A DNA stretch of 64,000 nt from Octopus vulgaris. Lineage: Eukaryota. Below the pieces are notes generated by a model. It made no database searches. It saw only the letters and a list, made by a program, of their open reading frames with translations, and was not told the origin of the DNA. A program made the position numbers and the translations under genes. Below, one piece after another: positions 1 to 12,941 of this stretch. Numbering within the stretch: the first letter of the stretch is position 1; the number at the start of each line of letters is the position of its first letter. The stretch covers positions 18,290,001 to 18,354,000 of the forward strand of contig OX597833.1 of assembly GCA_951406725.2 (NCBI GenBank), written 5' to 3'.

Positions 1-282
1 TTGTTAGCGTGTCGAACAAAATATTTAGCAACATTTCTTCCAGTTTTACGTTCATAATTGAAATTCCGCCGAATTGAAATTCCGAACTTATCTGACAGTT
101 TCATTTTAGTGTTCTTGTTTGTGAGAGCAGTCGAGTTTATTTCAGATATTCTCATGTTAAAAATCATCTCCGGCTAATTGTTCAGAGGATGTTGGTGGAA
201 ATTTGCGCTCTTGTTTTAATATATTATAAGAAATATTGAATTTCTAAATCTCTCGTAGAGACATGTACGGTGGTGGGGCGAT

Positions 283-524
283 AGAATGGTTGTATACTGT
301 CAATCTAACAAGAACGTGACAGTAGGGGGTACACCACCGCTGTATAGCCCTAGGTAGCATCGAATGCCTCCTGATGGCTTTGACACATTTTTCCCTGTAT
401 ATAAGGACACAGGGAAAAATGTGTCAAAGCCATCAGGAGGCGTTCGATGCTTCCTAGGGCCATACAGCGGTGGTGTACCCCCTACTGTCACGTTCTTGTT
501 AGATTGACAGTATACAACCATTCT
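283..524. repeat. Long inverted repeat (116-bp arms, 10-nt spacer)
   Basis: 283-398 is the reverse complement of 409-524 with 3 mismatches seen; spacer ATATAAGGAC. Confidence 0.95.
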
Positions 525-1420
525 TTTAATATATTGTTATCAATATATTAAACAGCATGCCATGCAAGATGCTTAGTGGCATTTCGTCTATCTCTACGAT
601 CTGAGTTCAAGTTCTGCTGAGGTTGACTTTGCCTTTCATTCTTTTGGAGTTAATAAAATACGTATAAGCTGAGCATTGGGGACAATGTAATCAACTTATC
701 CCCCTACTCTGAAATTGCTGGCCTTGTGCCAAAATGCGAAACCCAGACATTGTTATCAATTCGAAGATGATAAAATTAAAGTACGAGTCCTACAAAAATT
801 TGCTGGCGTTGTTACTGATGAGTATATACTTCCATAGTTCATACTTTTGTCTTCATCAAATGACCGAACTTTGACCAAACATTGCTCGTAAAAATCAAGA
901 GACATTTATTGACATTTACCAACACCTTTCGCTGATCAGACAGACATCCTTTTAAAATGATAACTACGACCATTTTGTATCGTCTGCCTTCGCTAATCTA
1001 CTCTATTCTTTACGTCTCGTGCCCAGCTTTCTCTGGAGATGTAGGAGGTGAGTTAGTGGAAGGGGGGTCCTTAGAGACGTTTGTGACTAGTTTTCATGCA
1101 TATTACCTGCGATTTGTATCTATTTAAGATCTGTTTACTTAATTCTTTTCAACTGTTAGCTCGTCGCCGAGCGTTTATCGGGTTCGGAAGATTATTTTGA
1201 AGTGTTGCGTCTGTCTGTCAGGTAGACAAGTCAGACACACCGACAGGTTAGGATACACAGGAATCTGAATTAAGTGGAAGCAGACAAGATAAAGGTAGGC
1301 GGGCGGGCGGGCGGAGAGGCAGGGAGGCAGGCAGGCAGGCCGGCCGGCTGGCCGACTTGCAGGAGTGAGCTAGAAGTATGCTGCTAATGACGTGAGTAAA
1401 TGGGCTGAACTGTCACTACG

Positions 1421-1481
<61 letters not shown>

Positions 1482-2580
1482 GCACACACACACACACACA
1501 CGTACACGCATTCATACCGTCACATCCAAACTTACATACCTGGTTCGTGGGCAAGATAAAGTGGGCAACAAATTGTAATTGACCATTTTAAAACTATCTG
1601 ATCTGTGAACGCAAATGAATCAGCATTAAATAAAAATAGCTATCTATGTATCATACTAAATGTATGTGCACCTATAGAAGGCATTTTTCTTACATATCGA
1701 AACGGGGCAAGAAAACTAGCTGAGTCCTTAGCATGTTGGAAACAATGCCTAGCAGAATTTCCTCCGACTTTTTAGTCGAGGCACATACTTTAGTGGTTAG
1801 AGTGTTGTACTCTTGAACATAAGATTGTGGTTTCGATTCCTCGACGGAGCGATGCGTTGTATTCTTGAGTAAAATACCTCATTTTTCATTGTTTGTATCC
1901 ACTCAGCTAGCAAAAATGAGTCCTGCGACGGACTGGTGTCCCATCCAGGGACGGGGGGAGAGGAGTACATACCCCGCAGAATTCAGAAAAGTGGCCCTAT
2001 GAGTCTATATGCCTCGGAAAGGAGCTTTACTGTATCCTCTGCCTTTTTACGCTCTAGTCTTACGCTATGTCTGAAAGCAAGATGGAAAGGTCCCGTCTGG
2101 AACAAATTTGATTATAAATTAACCGGATTAAGGCTGATCTGGGATTAAATAATAAAAACGTCAGTTTTCTAATATTACAACTGTAAGTGTAACGTGATAT
2201 ACTAGTAATTTTGTGGGAGATATTCTACTGTAAACAACAGAATTTTCTCTGTAATGATTTACCAGTCAAACGGATGACTGAGCATTATACGATATGCATG
2301 GGTAAAGACGTCAATATTTGTTGCTGTTAAGGTGGCAGGCTGGTAGAATCGTTAGCACACCGAGTAAAGTGCTTTGAAGCATTCCGTCCGTCTTTACGTT
2401 CGAAGTTCAAATTCCGGCGTGGTTGACTTTACCTTTCATCCTTTCGGGGTCGATAAAATAAGTATCAGTTTAAAACAGGGGTCGATGTAATCGACTTACC
2501 TCCCCCCTCCCCAAATTGCTGGCCTTACGCCGAAATTTAAAACTAATATGTGTTGCTGCTGTGAATGAGTCTCAGCTCAA

Positions 2581-2988
2581 TCTTTATATATAAAGCTGAA
2601 GTTGTCTGTGTGTGTGTGTGTGTGTGGCAGGTTTGGTAGCCTTCAGCTAACACTATCTCCTCCGAGACCCTATGGCGCAAGTTGACCAAAATTGAAAGTA
2701 TGATAGAAGAAGGATTGCTCTTCATTCCGTACAAGAAAAAATTCAAATCGGACCACGTTAACACCAAAAATTATTTACATCAAAAAGGTGCTTTTTTTCT
2801 ATGAAAATCCCTATTTTCTACGATTTTTTTACTGCTGTGTCGCCATTTTACGGTGTATTTCAACCAGAAAAATGTTCACTTAAAGAGAATAACAAGTTAC
2901 ATAATACAAAATTTTTACTTTTCAAAAATTCCAATTCTAAAGGGTCGAAAAGAAAACAAACCCGAGCAACGCCGGGCTATACTGCTAG
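2581..2988 (+). mobile_element. Non-autonomous Helitron
   Basis: A|TC 5' end (TCTTTATATATAAA), subterminal hairpin CCCGAGCAACGCCGGG at 2961-2976, CTAG|T 3' end; the same termini occur inverted at 10814-11328. Confidence 0.8.
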
Positions 2989-3226
2989 TCTTCATTTAAA
3001 AGTATCCCAATATCTCCGTCCCGTCTTTTATTTTATTTTATTATTTATTTCAAGTGCTTCTATAACTATCCAATGGATCTTTCTTTTTAAGGTGATGGTA
3101 AGTAATATAAAGTAAATTTAGGCGCAGGAGTGGCTGTGTGGTAAGTAGCTTGCTTACCAACCACATGGTTCCGGGTTCAGTCCCACTGCGTGGCACCTTG
3201 GGCAAGTGTCTTCTACTATAGCCTCG

Positions 3227-4039
3227 GTTCGGGATAAACCCTGCAGTCATGGAAATGCCGTCAGCCGGGCTGCGAAAATTTTTTTCCCACGAGAGTTCCG
3301 GACACCAGTAATGAACTCATTTACATACAGCCAATCAGATCTCACCTTGAAAATCCACATACTGTGTACTGCTACAGTCCAGGCAGTCAGGCATAGAATG
3401 GTGTATGTCACTCTTTGAGTACAGCATAGCAGGTCTCACATAAGCACCACATCCCCGCCCCATCCTCATACATCATTTGAGCACCATCTCTGTATGGAAC
3501 TAACATTAGTAACCTATGCTCAGACTGAGATTAGTGATACTGCATGTACCCATGTACCCAAGGGTGGCGCAACATGACACAACGCCATATTGATTACGAT
3601 GTTTCCAGATCACCAACATTTTAAATCAGGAATGTACAATATCAGTCGAAGAATTAGGAAACTACACTCATTTACATTTTCTAGTAAATTACGCAAATTG
3701 GCAACACTTATGGCACCATCGGTGAGCAGCTCTCCATTCACTTTATACACTAAATTTCACATTTGTTACCCCTATTAACCCGTTTAGAACAGTTAGGTTT
3801 TGCTATAACACACACTTTCCACTGAACTCAACCAGAGTATTTTCGTGATTAGGTAGACACTAGTTTGACAGTCGAGCGCTGATTAGCTGTATGCAAATGA
3901 GTTCATAACTGGGGTCCGGAACTCTCGTGGGAAAAATTTCGCATCCGAGCTTACCCGAGGTGCACACTGAGCGACGAAACTGTTCTACACGCTCTTGTCT
4001 AGTGCCCGAGCATTGCTGACTTATGGGTTTATGTCGAAC
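3227..4039. mobile_element. MITE-like DNA element with long imperfect TIRs
   Basis: Terminal GTTCGGGATAAACCC / GGGTTTATGTCGAAC plus a ~65-bp subterminal inverted repeat (3271-3338 vs 3879-3943); abuts a truncated SINE on the left. Confidence 0.55.
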
Positions 4040-4566
4040 ACCAGATTTCGCGTTCTGATTTCAAATTCCACTGAGGTTGACTTTGCCTTTCATCCTTTCG
4101 GAGTTGATAGAATAAATACCAGTTGAGTACTGGAGGTCGATGTAATCGATTATCCCCCCGCCAAGCCTAAATTTCAGGCTTTGTGCATATAGTAGAAACA
4201 ATTATAAAAGCGGTGAGCTGGCAGAATCCTTAGCATGCCGGACAAAATGCTTAGCGGTATTACGTCCGTCTTTATGTCTGAATTCAAATTCCGCCGAGGT
4301 TAACTTTGCCTTTCATCCTTTCAGGCTCAATAAATTAAGTACCAGTGAAACACTGGGGTCGATGTAATCAACTTAGCCCCTCCCCACAAATTTCAGGCCT
4401 TGTGCTTTTAGTAGAAAAGATTATTACTATTGTTGTTTTTGTTGTTGTCATTGTTAGTAGTAGTAGTAGTGATGGTGGTGGTGGTGGTGGTGATGTTAAT
4501 GGTGGTGGTGTTGGTATAGATGTTGATTTGTTTTTATAAATGACATCAATTTTCCGTTTGTTATAA

Positions 4567-4648
<82 letters not shown>

Positions 4649-4701
4649 GTATATATATATGTGTATATATATATATATATATGTGTATATATATATATAT
4701 A

Positions 4702-4734
<33 letters not shown>

Positions 4735-5065
4735 TCCCTCCCAAAGTCTTAATGAAGTCTTATTAGACAGTTAAATTATAGTTTCAAGCGTTGACCTGAA
4801 AAGAAAAAAAGTATATTATTGCATCGTTTGTTCTCCATGAAGAAGGTCATAAATCACACACTATATTAACCCTAAACTCGGAGAGACACATCAACCGACT
4901 CTCTATATGCGGTCATACACACAGGCACGCGCAGACACATACACACTATGAATGTATGTTTTGTTTGGGATTTGCTGAATTCAAGCCGGTCACCACCAAC
5001 TGACATGGCTTTTGTGTTTAAGTCTGCTCTTGAGATTTGTGGTTACCTGAATTGGTTGATGAATG

Positions 5066-5128
<63 letters not shown>

Positions 5129-5448
5129 ATATATATATATATATATACATATATATATCCATATATATATATATATATAATATAAATAAAATATAAATAT
5201 ATGTGCATACCTACATATATATGTATATATACATGCATATATGGGTACAGGACATTAAAAAAACGTTGAACACAATGAGAAAGGAAAACATAAAAACAAA
5301 AACACAGAGAACGAACTTTTTTTCGAACAACGAAAATTACAGGGAAACGAGACATGCAACATAAAGAATATTCCCCTTCATCAGTTGTCCCTGTTTCATC
5401 TACCCCGCGTTTCATATATGCATGTATGTATACATAAATATGTGTGTA

Positions 5449-5521
<73 letters not shown>

Positions 5522-5728
5522 GCATATATTTATATATTATTTATATTATATGACCGAACGACACGCATCCTTTTCCAAGTAAGTTTTTTATATATATATA
5601 AACAAATATATGTATATGTTTATATATATATATATATATATACACACGAGAGGTTTAAGAAAGAGACTTGAGCCTAAAAAACATGGTACAAGACTTCAAG
5701 GCTCAAAACTTTTCATACACCCCTCGTG

Positions 5729-5802
<74 letters not shown>

Positions 5803-5897
5803 CAATCCAAACAAGAGCAAGCAAGAAAAAACAACAACGCGAGGACGTGGAACAAGCACTGTGTTATTGGACAGGAAAGGAAAGAAAAGAAAGAGGA

Positions 5898-5930
5898 CTT
5901 CACGTTTCGAGCGGAGCTCTTCATCAGAAA
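5898..5930 (-). ncRNA. Minimal type I hammerhead ribozyme motif (Penelope-like), cleavage site degenerate
   Basis: Minus strand TTT-CTGATGA-A-GAGC-TCC-GCTC-GAAA-CGTG-AAG; intact core and stem II, but position 17 is G. Confidence 0.6.
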
Positions 5931-7169
5931 TATAGAAAAAGTTCAAAGAAGGGAAGACGATGGGTATTGTGCATGTGGATAAACGGGCCGGGAATACGTG
6001 TCTAAGATTGTCCACTTATCACCAAACCATAAGATTGTCTTGAATTTCAAAATTATCTTTACTTCTCGAGAGGAGATGGTTTTAATTTACATTTGGAAAT
6101 TCTAATTCATTCTCCAAAAGCAGAGATAATTTTAATGAATCAAAAATTTGCATTATACGGTATTTCATGTATCTCTATTTGTCTTTGCTTTTCAAATACA
6201 TGCCACTAGTCAATCTGAATTATTTCTCAAGTTCATTTTTGTTTACGTTACGCAAATTATTTAAACCATTAACGTGCTCCATTATTTTTTGTATCAATCT
6301 AACCTTTTGACTCCTGGAGATAAAGCCAAACAATTGTCCAGCTGACGAGGGCTCATGAGGCAGAAATACAGGTGTCCAAAACTGTCCTCTGTACTCCGCT
6401 ATCTTTTATATAAATCTAACTCTTTTTTTCCTGGAGATAAGACCAAATAATTGGTGACGGCTATTGAGCCAAGAACATATGTCCACGACTGTCCTCTTAT
6501 CTCCAGGTAGCAATAAGCTTGATTTTTTTCTCCTTAAAGGCATGTCAACTTTGGAGACTACTTGATTCTTGACATTATCTCCCCTTCTCACATGGAGCTT
6601 GTCTTAATTGCCATTTCGTAATTATGATACCTCTTCTAGAGGCGGAGATACTCTTAATAAATCAAAAATTTATATTGCATAGAATTTCAAATACCTATAT
6701 TTGTCTACTATCATCCTTGTTTATTTATGTGCTCGCATTTGTATTGCACGTGTGCATGTGGTTATGTGCATGTGTACAGACAGGGACCTTAAATGGAGAA
6801 TCATTGATTCTGTTGTATTACACAATCGTACTGAAATGGAAAGATGTGATTAAATGCATAATAACACTTGGATATATAAATCTCTGTTCTCATGTATTAA
6901 TGTGTGTGTATATTCGGGCTAAATTTGACGATTGTTTTGTCTCCTTTTTCAGGAATAACTTGATGTATTGGTGAACAGTCAACAGCATTCGAGGTCTTAA
7001 ATTTTAAAGAGGTACTTAAGAAAAAGTCAACTGACATGGAAAACTGGAAGCCATCTGAATGTTGGGAAAGAGTTACATGTATTCTGATGATTCGCGCCGG
7101 GTATTAAAATGCCGACATCATGACTGCTGCTCACTGCTCTGTAAGACTGTAAGATATATCATAGACATC

Positions 7170-7680
7170 ATGAAAACCAAGTTCCCTAGAACTGTGATGG
7201 TCTTTGGATGTGTCTCAATTGGGGGTGGCATCATAGTACCCCACATCTTTGAACAGGGCCTTAGGTTTAGTTCAGACGAATATGCGAAGCTGCTGGAGAC
7301 TGTGTTCAAAACCTAGATATAGATGATTGCTACTGGAAGGTCATTTGTAAAACAACAGGATTCGGTTCCTTACCATGTCGGAGAATTTCTTATTTCTTTA
7401 TTACCCACAAGGGGCTAAACACAGAGGAGACAAACAAAGACAGACAAACGGATTAAGTCGATTATATCGACCCCCAGTGCGTAACTGGTACTTATTTAAT
7501 CGACCCCGAAAGGATGAAAGGTAAAGTCGACCTCGGCGGAATTTGAACTCAGAACGTAGCGGCCGACAAAGTAACGCTAAGCATTTCGCCCGACGTGCTA
7601 ACGATTCTACCAGCTCGCCGCCTTGAATTTCTACGACTTGTCGGAGAATTTCTACGACTTCACCAGCCTCAATTTTCTAT
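7170..7680 (+). pseudogene. Tc1/mariner (DD37D/maT-like) transposase fragment interrupted by a SINE
   Basis: MKTKFPRTVMVFGCVS...PHIFEQGLR...QQDSVPYH then LSENFYDFTS after the SINE; in-frame stops. Confidence 0.8.
7391..7625 (-). mobile_element. tRNA-derived SINE, family A (full length)
   Basis: Head GGCGGCGAGCTGG, B-box GAGTTCAAATTC, central GCCTTTCATCCTTTCGGGGTCGAT, tail AAAGAAATA; flanked by GAATTTCT. More than 20 related copies in the window, e.g. 2330, 4208, 9545, 20025-20710, 33405, 57445, 61572. Confidence 0.9.
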
Positions 7681-8575
7681 GCTTCGTGACCCACACTATA
7701 CTTCACTATACTTCGTTAACCTCGGCAAGTAATCAACAGAGAAGGCTTTACTTAGAGTCACTTTCCTAAATGCAAGTGGTTGAGCCGCAGGTTAGCACCC
7801 TTGGCCCTGAAAACATCCGAATACTTAAAATAAAGAAAACATATATGTACACACATACGTAGATACACACACACGCGCGTCAAAGAGAAAGGTAAAGAAG
7901 TGGGGAGAGGAAAAAGAAGGAGAGGAAGAAAGGGAGCAGAGCAGTAAAAAGAGAGAAAGAGTAACTGAGATTACAGCTGCCTTGATACTTCTTAAACAGA
8001 TTATTTAGTTGTCAAATGAAAGCAGGTTGAATTAAGTGAAAAACAGAACTGTCATTCTCTTGGATTATTTCCAAGTTCCATGAAATTATTAGTTGAGTAA
8101 TTGTTTTATCAAAATCAGTTGTTGACAGATACGCATATATTAATTACTTAATTAAGTTTTTTTTTTCATTTTTTTACTTAATGACGCTTACAAAGCCGGA
8201 CTTAATGGTTCTGCAAAATTTCGTTTAGTATTGGTTAAATCGAGAAAGTGAGATCAGGTTTCTTTATTTTTCGTTTTTAGAAGTGTATCTGCTCAGTTCA
8301 TGTAAGCCATGAGTCATTACGAAGAAAGGAGAACATCGAATGGCTACGACACAAAGGGCCGTGGAAAGACCCTTGCTAACGATACAAATTTCATTGCGAG
8401 AGAACATCCGAGAAGATGTGACTCTAACGAACTGGAGCGAAAGACACGATCGGAAAATACCGAAAATACAATAGACAATATAATCAATATGTTATAGTCA
8501 ATATGTAAATATTATAATGGGCTCGCTGGTTTAGAAAAACTAAGACTGTATCAATTAATTTTCACAAAGACTTTA

Positions 8576-8621
<46 letters not shown>

Positions 8622-8657
8622 ATGCGTGTATATAAATATATATGTATATACACTCAC

Positions 8658-8975
8658 GCGCGCGTGGCTTAGTGGTTAGGGGCATTCGGCTCATGATCGT
8701 AAGATCTTGAGTTCAATTCCCAGCGGCGTATTGTGTCCTTGAGCAAGACACTTTATTTCGAGTTGCTCCAGTCCACTCAACTGGCAAAAATGAGTAGTAC
8801 CTGTATTTCAAAAAAGGGCCACGCTGAAGTATCATGCTGGATCTCCCCAAGAACTACGTTAAGAGTACACGTGTCTGTGGTATGCTCAGCCACTTGCACG
8901 TTAATTCCACGAGCAAGCTGTTCCGTTGATTGTATCAGCTGGCACCTTCATCGTCGCAACCGACGGAGTGTTCCT
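8658..8975 (+). mobile_element. tRNA-derived SINE, family D
   Basis: Head GCGCGTGGCTTAGTGGTTAGGG...GAGTTCAATTCC, TGTGTCCTTGAGCAAGACACTT, distinct tail; copies at 58198-58520 (+), 44848-45160 (-), 28525-28740 (-). Confidence 0.85.
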
Positions 8976-8982
8976 TTTATAT

Positions 8983-9019
<37 letters not shown>

Positions 9020-9289
9020 CATACATACGTTTGTGTGTAAATGATAAAAAAATCAGGAGTTATGAGTGGTGAATATATTTTTTAAACCGCTTAATATGCT
9101 TTGATTACAGCTGTTTCGCAACCTTCTTCTAAATGAATAAATATATTCACCTTTCAGTCACACAATGTTTTTGAATTCCTATCTTATCCTACAAATTAAT
9201 ATATATGTTCGTATACATGTATGTGTTCGTTGGGGTGGGTGAACGCGCGCGCGTGTGTGTATGATAAATAATAAATATGCAGAGGGTTA

Positions 9290-9470
9290 CCGAGTTGTAG
9301 ATAGGTCCCATCCGCTCAAATTTGTCACGTATGCAGTAAACCGTAAACCTCGTTGGTGCAGGCAATGCAAATATTCTTCGCCACTGCCCTCGCATACGTT
9401 CACTGTTCTCTGTCTTCCAGTACGGCTTCAAAGTCCATTCGCGCTTCTTCTCTGTTAAACTGCAAGCCAT
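9290..9470 (-). pseudogene. Mariner-like transposase N-terminal HTH fragment (DUF4817-type)
   Basis: LTEKKREWTLKPYWKTENSERMRGQWRRIFALPAPTRFTVYCIRDKFE resembles this HTH from memory; truncated. Confidence 0.65.
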
Positions 9471-9827
9471 TGTTGAATTTCCCTTTTACCTGCAAATAAC
9501 AGATGTATTATACAAAAGAAATTTTGAAAATAGAAATATTGACCTCAAATTTTGACACAAGGCCATCAAGATCGGAGCCTGAAATTTGAGGGGAAGAGGC
9601 TAGTCGATGTAATCGACTCCAGTGATCAGCTGGTACTTATTTTTTCGACCCCGAAACGATGAAAGGTAAAGTCGACCTCGGCGGAATTTGAACCCAGAAC
9701 GTACAGATGGACGAAACGCCGCTAAGTATTTTGCCCAGCGTGCTAACGATTCTGCCAGCTCATCACCTTTGAGAAAAAATAGATAGAGTAAAAGTAGTAA
9801 TAATGAATTTAATGAACTAAATGAATT

Positions 9828-10118
9828 CTGTGGTTAGAGCAGTGGACTTGCGGTTGAGGGATCGCGGGTTCGAATCTCAGACCGGGCGATGTTTGTGTAT
9901 ATGAGCGAAACACCAAAGCTCCACGCGGCTCCGGCAGAAGGTAATGGCAGACTTCTGCTGACTCTTTCATCACAACTTTCACTCCCTCCTTTTTCCTGCA
10001 TCTAGCAGCTCACCTGCGACGGACCGGCGTTCCGTCCGGGAGGGGAACCTATACGCCAATAAAACCGGGTAAACCGTCCCTTATGAGCCAGGCATGGCTC
10101 AAGAAGGTACAAACAAGA
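9828..10118 (+). mobile_element. tRNA-derived SINE, family E
   Basis: TGGTTAGAGCAG...GGGTTCGAATCTC head; CCTGCGACGGACCGGCGTTCCGTCC domain shared with family C. Confidence 0.7.
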
Positions 10119-10479
10119 AATGAATTCTAGTATTAAATGAACCCTAGTCCCCCTATAATAATACTAGTATAATCCTTACTGTATACCAACTTTTGCAGAG
10201 TCTAGTACAAGAAAAAATAAGACGGTGAATCTATAAATACGTACTAACAAATGGAAACATGTCTGAAAAGAAAAAAGGTGAATGACCTGACTCAAGATCA
10301 TTCACCTGTAATTAGTGTGTTCCGTAGAGGCCATGTACACCAAGTTCTCTCAACGGAGAAATGCGCAACCACACGACTTTAAGAAGTCATCATCAAATTA
10401 TGATCGTATCACTGAGTTTATCGATTTCAATTTGTATAATGATACGTGTACGAAGACAGCTAATTAAACAAATTGTTTA

Positions 10480-10705
10480 AGCGTTGTCCGAAATAAATAA
10501 GGACCATTTAGTGAAGGTATGTCAATGATTCTAGTCTCGCATTGAAGCAGTCATCGAAGCTGAAGGTGGATTCATATAAAAATCTTATAAGGAAGCTTAT
10601 TGAGAACATTGGAAGAAATTTTTATTAAAATACATTTGGATTTTGGAAGATTAGACAAGTTTTATTAAATTACCAACTACGTCCGTAGATACAACTCGCA
10701 CCATA
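10480..10705 (+). pseudogene. Tc1/mariner transposase C-terminus and 3' end
   Basis: INKDHLVKVCQ*F*SRIEAVIEAEGGFI*, a typical terminal motif; followed by a TA repeat. Confidence 0.7.
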
Positions 10706-10709
10706 TATA

Positions 10710-10745
<36 letters not shown>

Positions 10746-10759
10746 TGTATGTATGTATG

Positions 10760-10813
<54 letters not shown>

Positions 10814-10814
<1 letters not shown>

Positions 10815-11328
10815 TAGCAAGTATCGCCCGACGTTGCTCGGGTTTGTAAGGGAAATAACTATATAAGCATTTTTAGAGAGTTACTTCCCTTATAGATGCC
10901 AATTCGGGCTTTCTTAGCCATTTCTGTTTTGGTGTCTTCAAGCCATGAAGTCGTTGTTCTAAAAGAACGCTGGTCTCCTTGACAATGCTTTACAACGTTG
11001 ATTTCCTTACACTACCTTCCCCACAGCTTCACGAGGGAGGGAAGAAGGGGGAGAAGCAACACAGGTGCAGGTGTGACCATGGACGCCAACTCCGCCGCCA
11101 TCGACACACGAAAAAATATGCATTAAAATGAAATAAAAAATAATGTTAAATTATTTTTAAAATCGTAGACTCATCGTAGACGCGCGCTAATACCCAGACG
11201 GGCTCGATATGAATCACGACTATAAGATACCCGAATTTGGTTAAACTGCACCGCAAAATGTGGGAGTAGTTAGGAATCTAAATCGAAGGGGACAGTCACT
11301 CACACAACTTCAGTTTTATATATATAGA
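10814..11328 (-). mobile_element. Non-autonomous Helitron inserted in (TA)n
   Basis: Minus strand TCTATATATATAAAACTGAAGTTG ... CCCGAGCAACGTCGGG ... CTAG; same termini as 2581-2988, different interior. Confidence 0.8.
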
Positions 11329-11561
11329 TATATATATATATAAGGACAAGATCGCTAATTTAAATTGAATAACGATCTTATCAAGTGGCCAGCATGGAAA
11401 TAAAAAGCCTTCAAAGGTAATAATTATTATTAAAATCATAATTTAGGGTATCTAAGAGATACCGCCATGCTGAAAATAGCAGCCAAGATCTGACTCTAAA
11501 ACCATATTAAATGCCCATACAGCACAAGGAGAGAAGACAAAAAGACAAAATAAAACTAGTA

Positions 11562-11612
<51 letters not shown>

Positions 11613-11995
11613 GTTGCAGCTGTGTGGTCAGAATCTTCCTTCCCAACCACATGGTTCTGGGTTCAGTCCCACTGCATGGCACCTTGGGTAAGTGTCTTCT
11701 ACTATAGCCTCGGGCTTATGAGGAGGTAAACTTAGTGGGTCCATTGAGGTTAAACTGAAAGAAGGTCGTCGTATATATGTATATTTATGTGTAACTGTGT
11801 TTGTCCCCTCCACTATCACTTGACAACCTATGTTGGTGTGTTTACGTCCCCGTAACTTAACAGCTCGGCAAAATAGTCCGGTAGATTATGTACGAGGCTT
11901 ACAAAGAATAAGTCCTGGGGTCGAATTGTTCGACTAAAGGCGGTGCTCCAGCATGGCTGCAGTCATATGACTGAAACACGTAAAAGAATAAAAGA

Positions 11996-12034
<39 letters not shown>

Positions 12035-12036
12035 GA

Positions 12037-12941
12037 CTAACTGACGTACCCGGTAATTATCCCTTGGTTCCTTTCTCATAATTGTTTCGCTAATCCAATA
12101 ACAACAATACAAAGTATGTAGCCCTTAAAGCGGTTTTTGTGCATTTACAGAGAAAAACAAACTGTCTTACATATTTTCTTATTTCTATGATTCCCAATAA
12201 GTTATGAATACCCAAATTGTGAAGTTACTTATGTAATAACATGGAATTAGTTACCAGATAGTGAGAATTCAAATAAATTAGCCCTGAAAAGGACTCTAAT
12301 GCGTTCCCAGGGTATATAGAACATGTATGTATACTAGAACATGTATGTATACTAAAATGTATGTATACTAAAATCGTGAAGCATGTTACATAATAACAGG
12401 TTAATCAGGTATGAGATAATAACGATTCAAAGTAAATAACTCTGAAAAGGGCTTTTGTGTGTTCACAGAGAATGTTACCCTCAGGGGCGCTAGTGTTGAT
12501 ATATTCGTGAATGAGTTACTAATCGAAATAAGTTGATCTCTTGTTTAGGAAAATACTAGTTACATGTTTAAGGGTTGTACTGGATAAATTGCGAAAATAA
12601 CTCTAACAGTTCAAATACTAATAAATAAGCATAATCAATTTCATTTTTACCAAATAATTTAGGAAAATGAATGGGTTATTTTCCTTGGCTACATATAAGA
12701 ATCTCTTCCAAGGGCGAATGGGTTATTTTCTTTAGGATTTAGAAAAAATATATTAGATATATATAAGGATCCCTTCCAGAGGCTCTATTAGCGATTTTTT
12801 TCAACAATTTGAGTATGCCATGATGTTTTCAGACATGAGTTCTACTCATGTTTCATCAAAATCGATAAAACTATGTAGGGGGAGTTAGCTAACAACTCCA
12901 TAAACACACCCACAGACAGAATTTCCCACATACGTAGTAGA
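12037..12941 (-). mobile_element. Probable degenerate Helitron-like element
   Basis: GTACCCGG hairpin-like end near 12047, minus-strand TCTACTAC start near 12941, short internal duplications; a second GGTACCCGGCAATGCCCGGG end follows. Confidence 0.4.

Noticed and set aside
5340-5415. CTGATGA on the minus strand as a hammerhead
   Set aside because: No GAAA after the putative stem II, so the fold cannot be closed
8309-8497. 62-aa ORF as a Tc1 N-terminus
   Set aside because: Similarity too weak to call by eye
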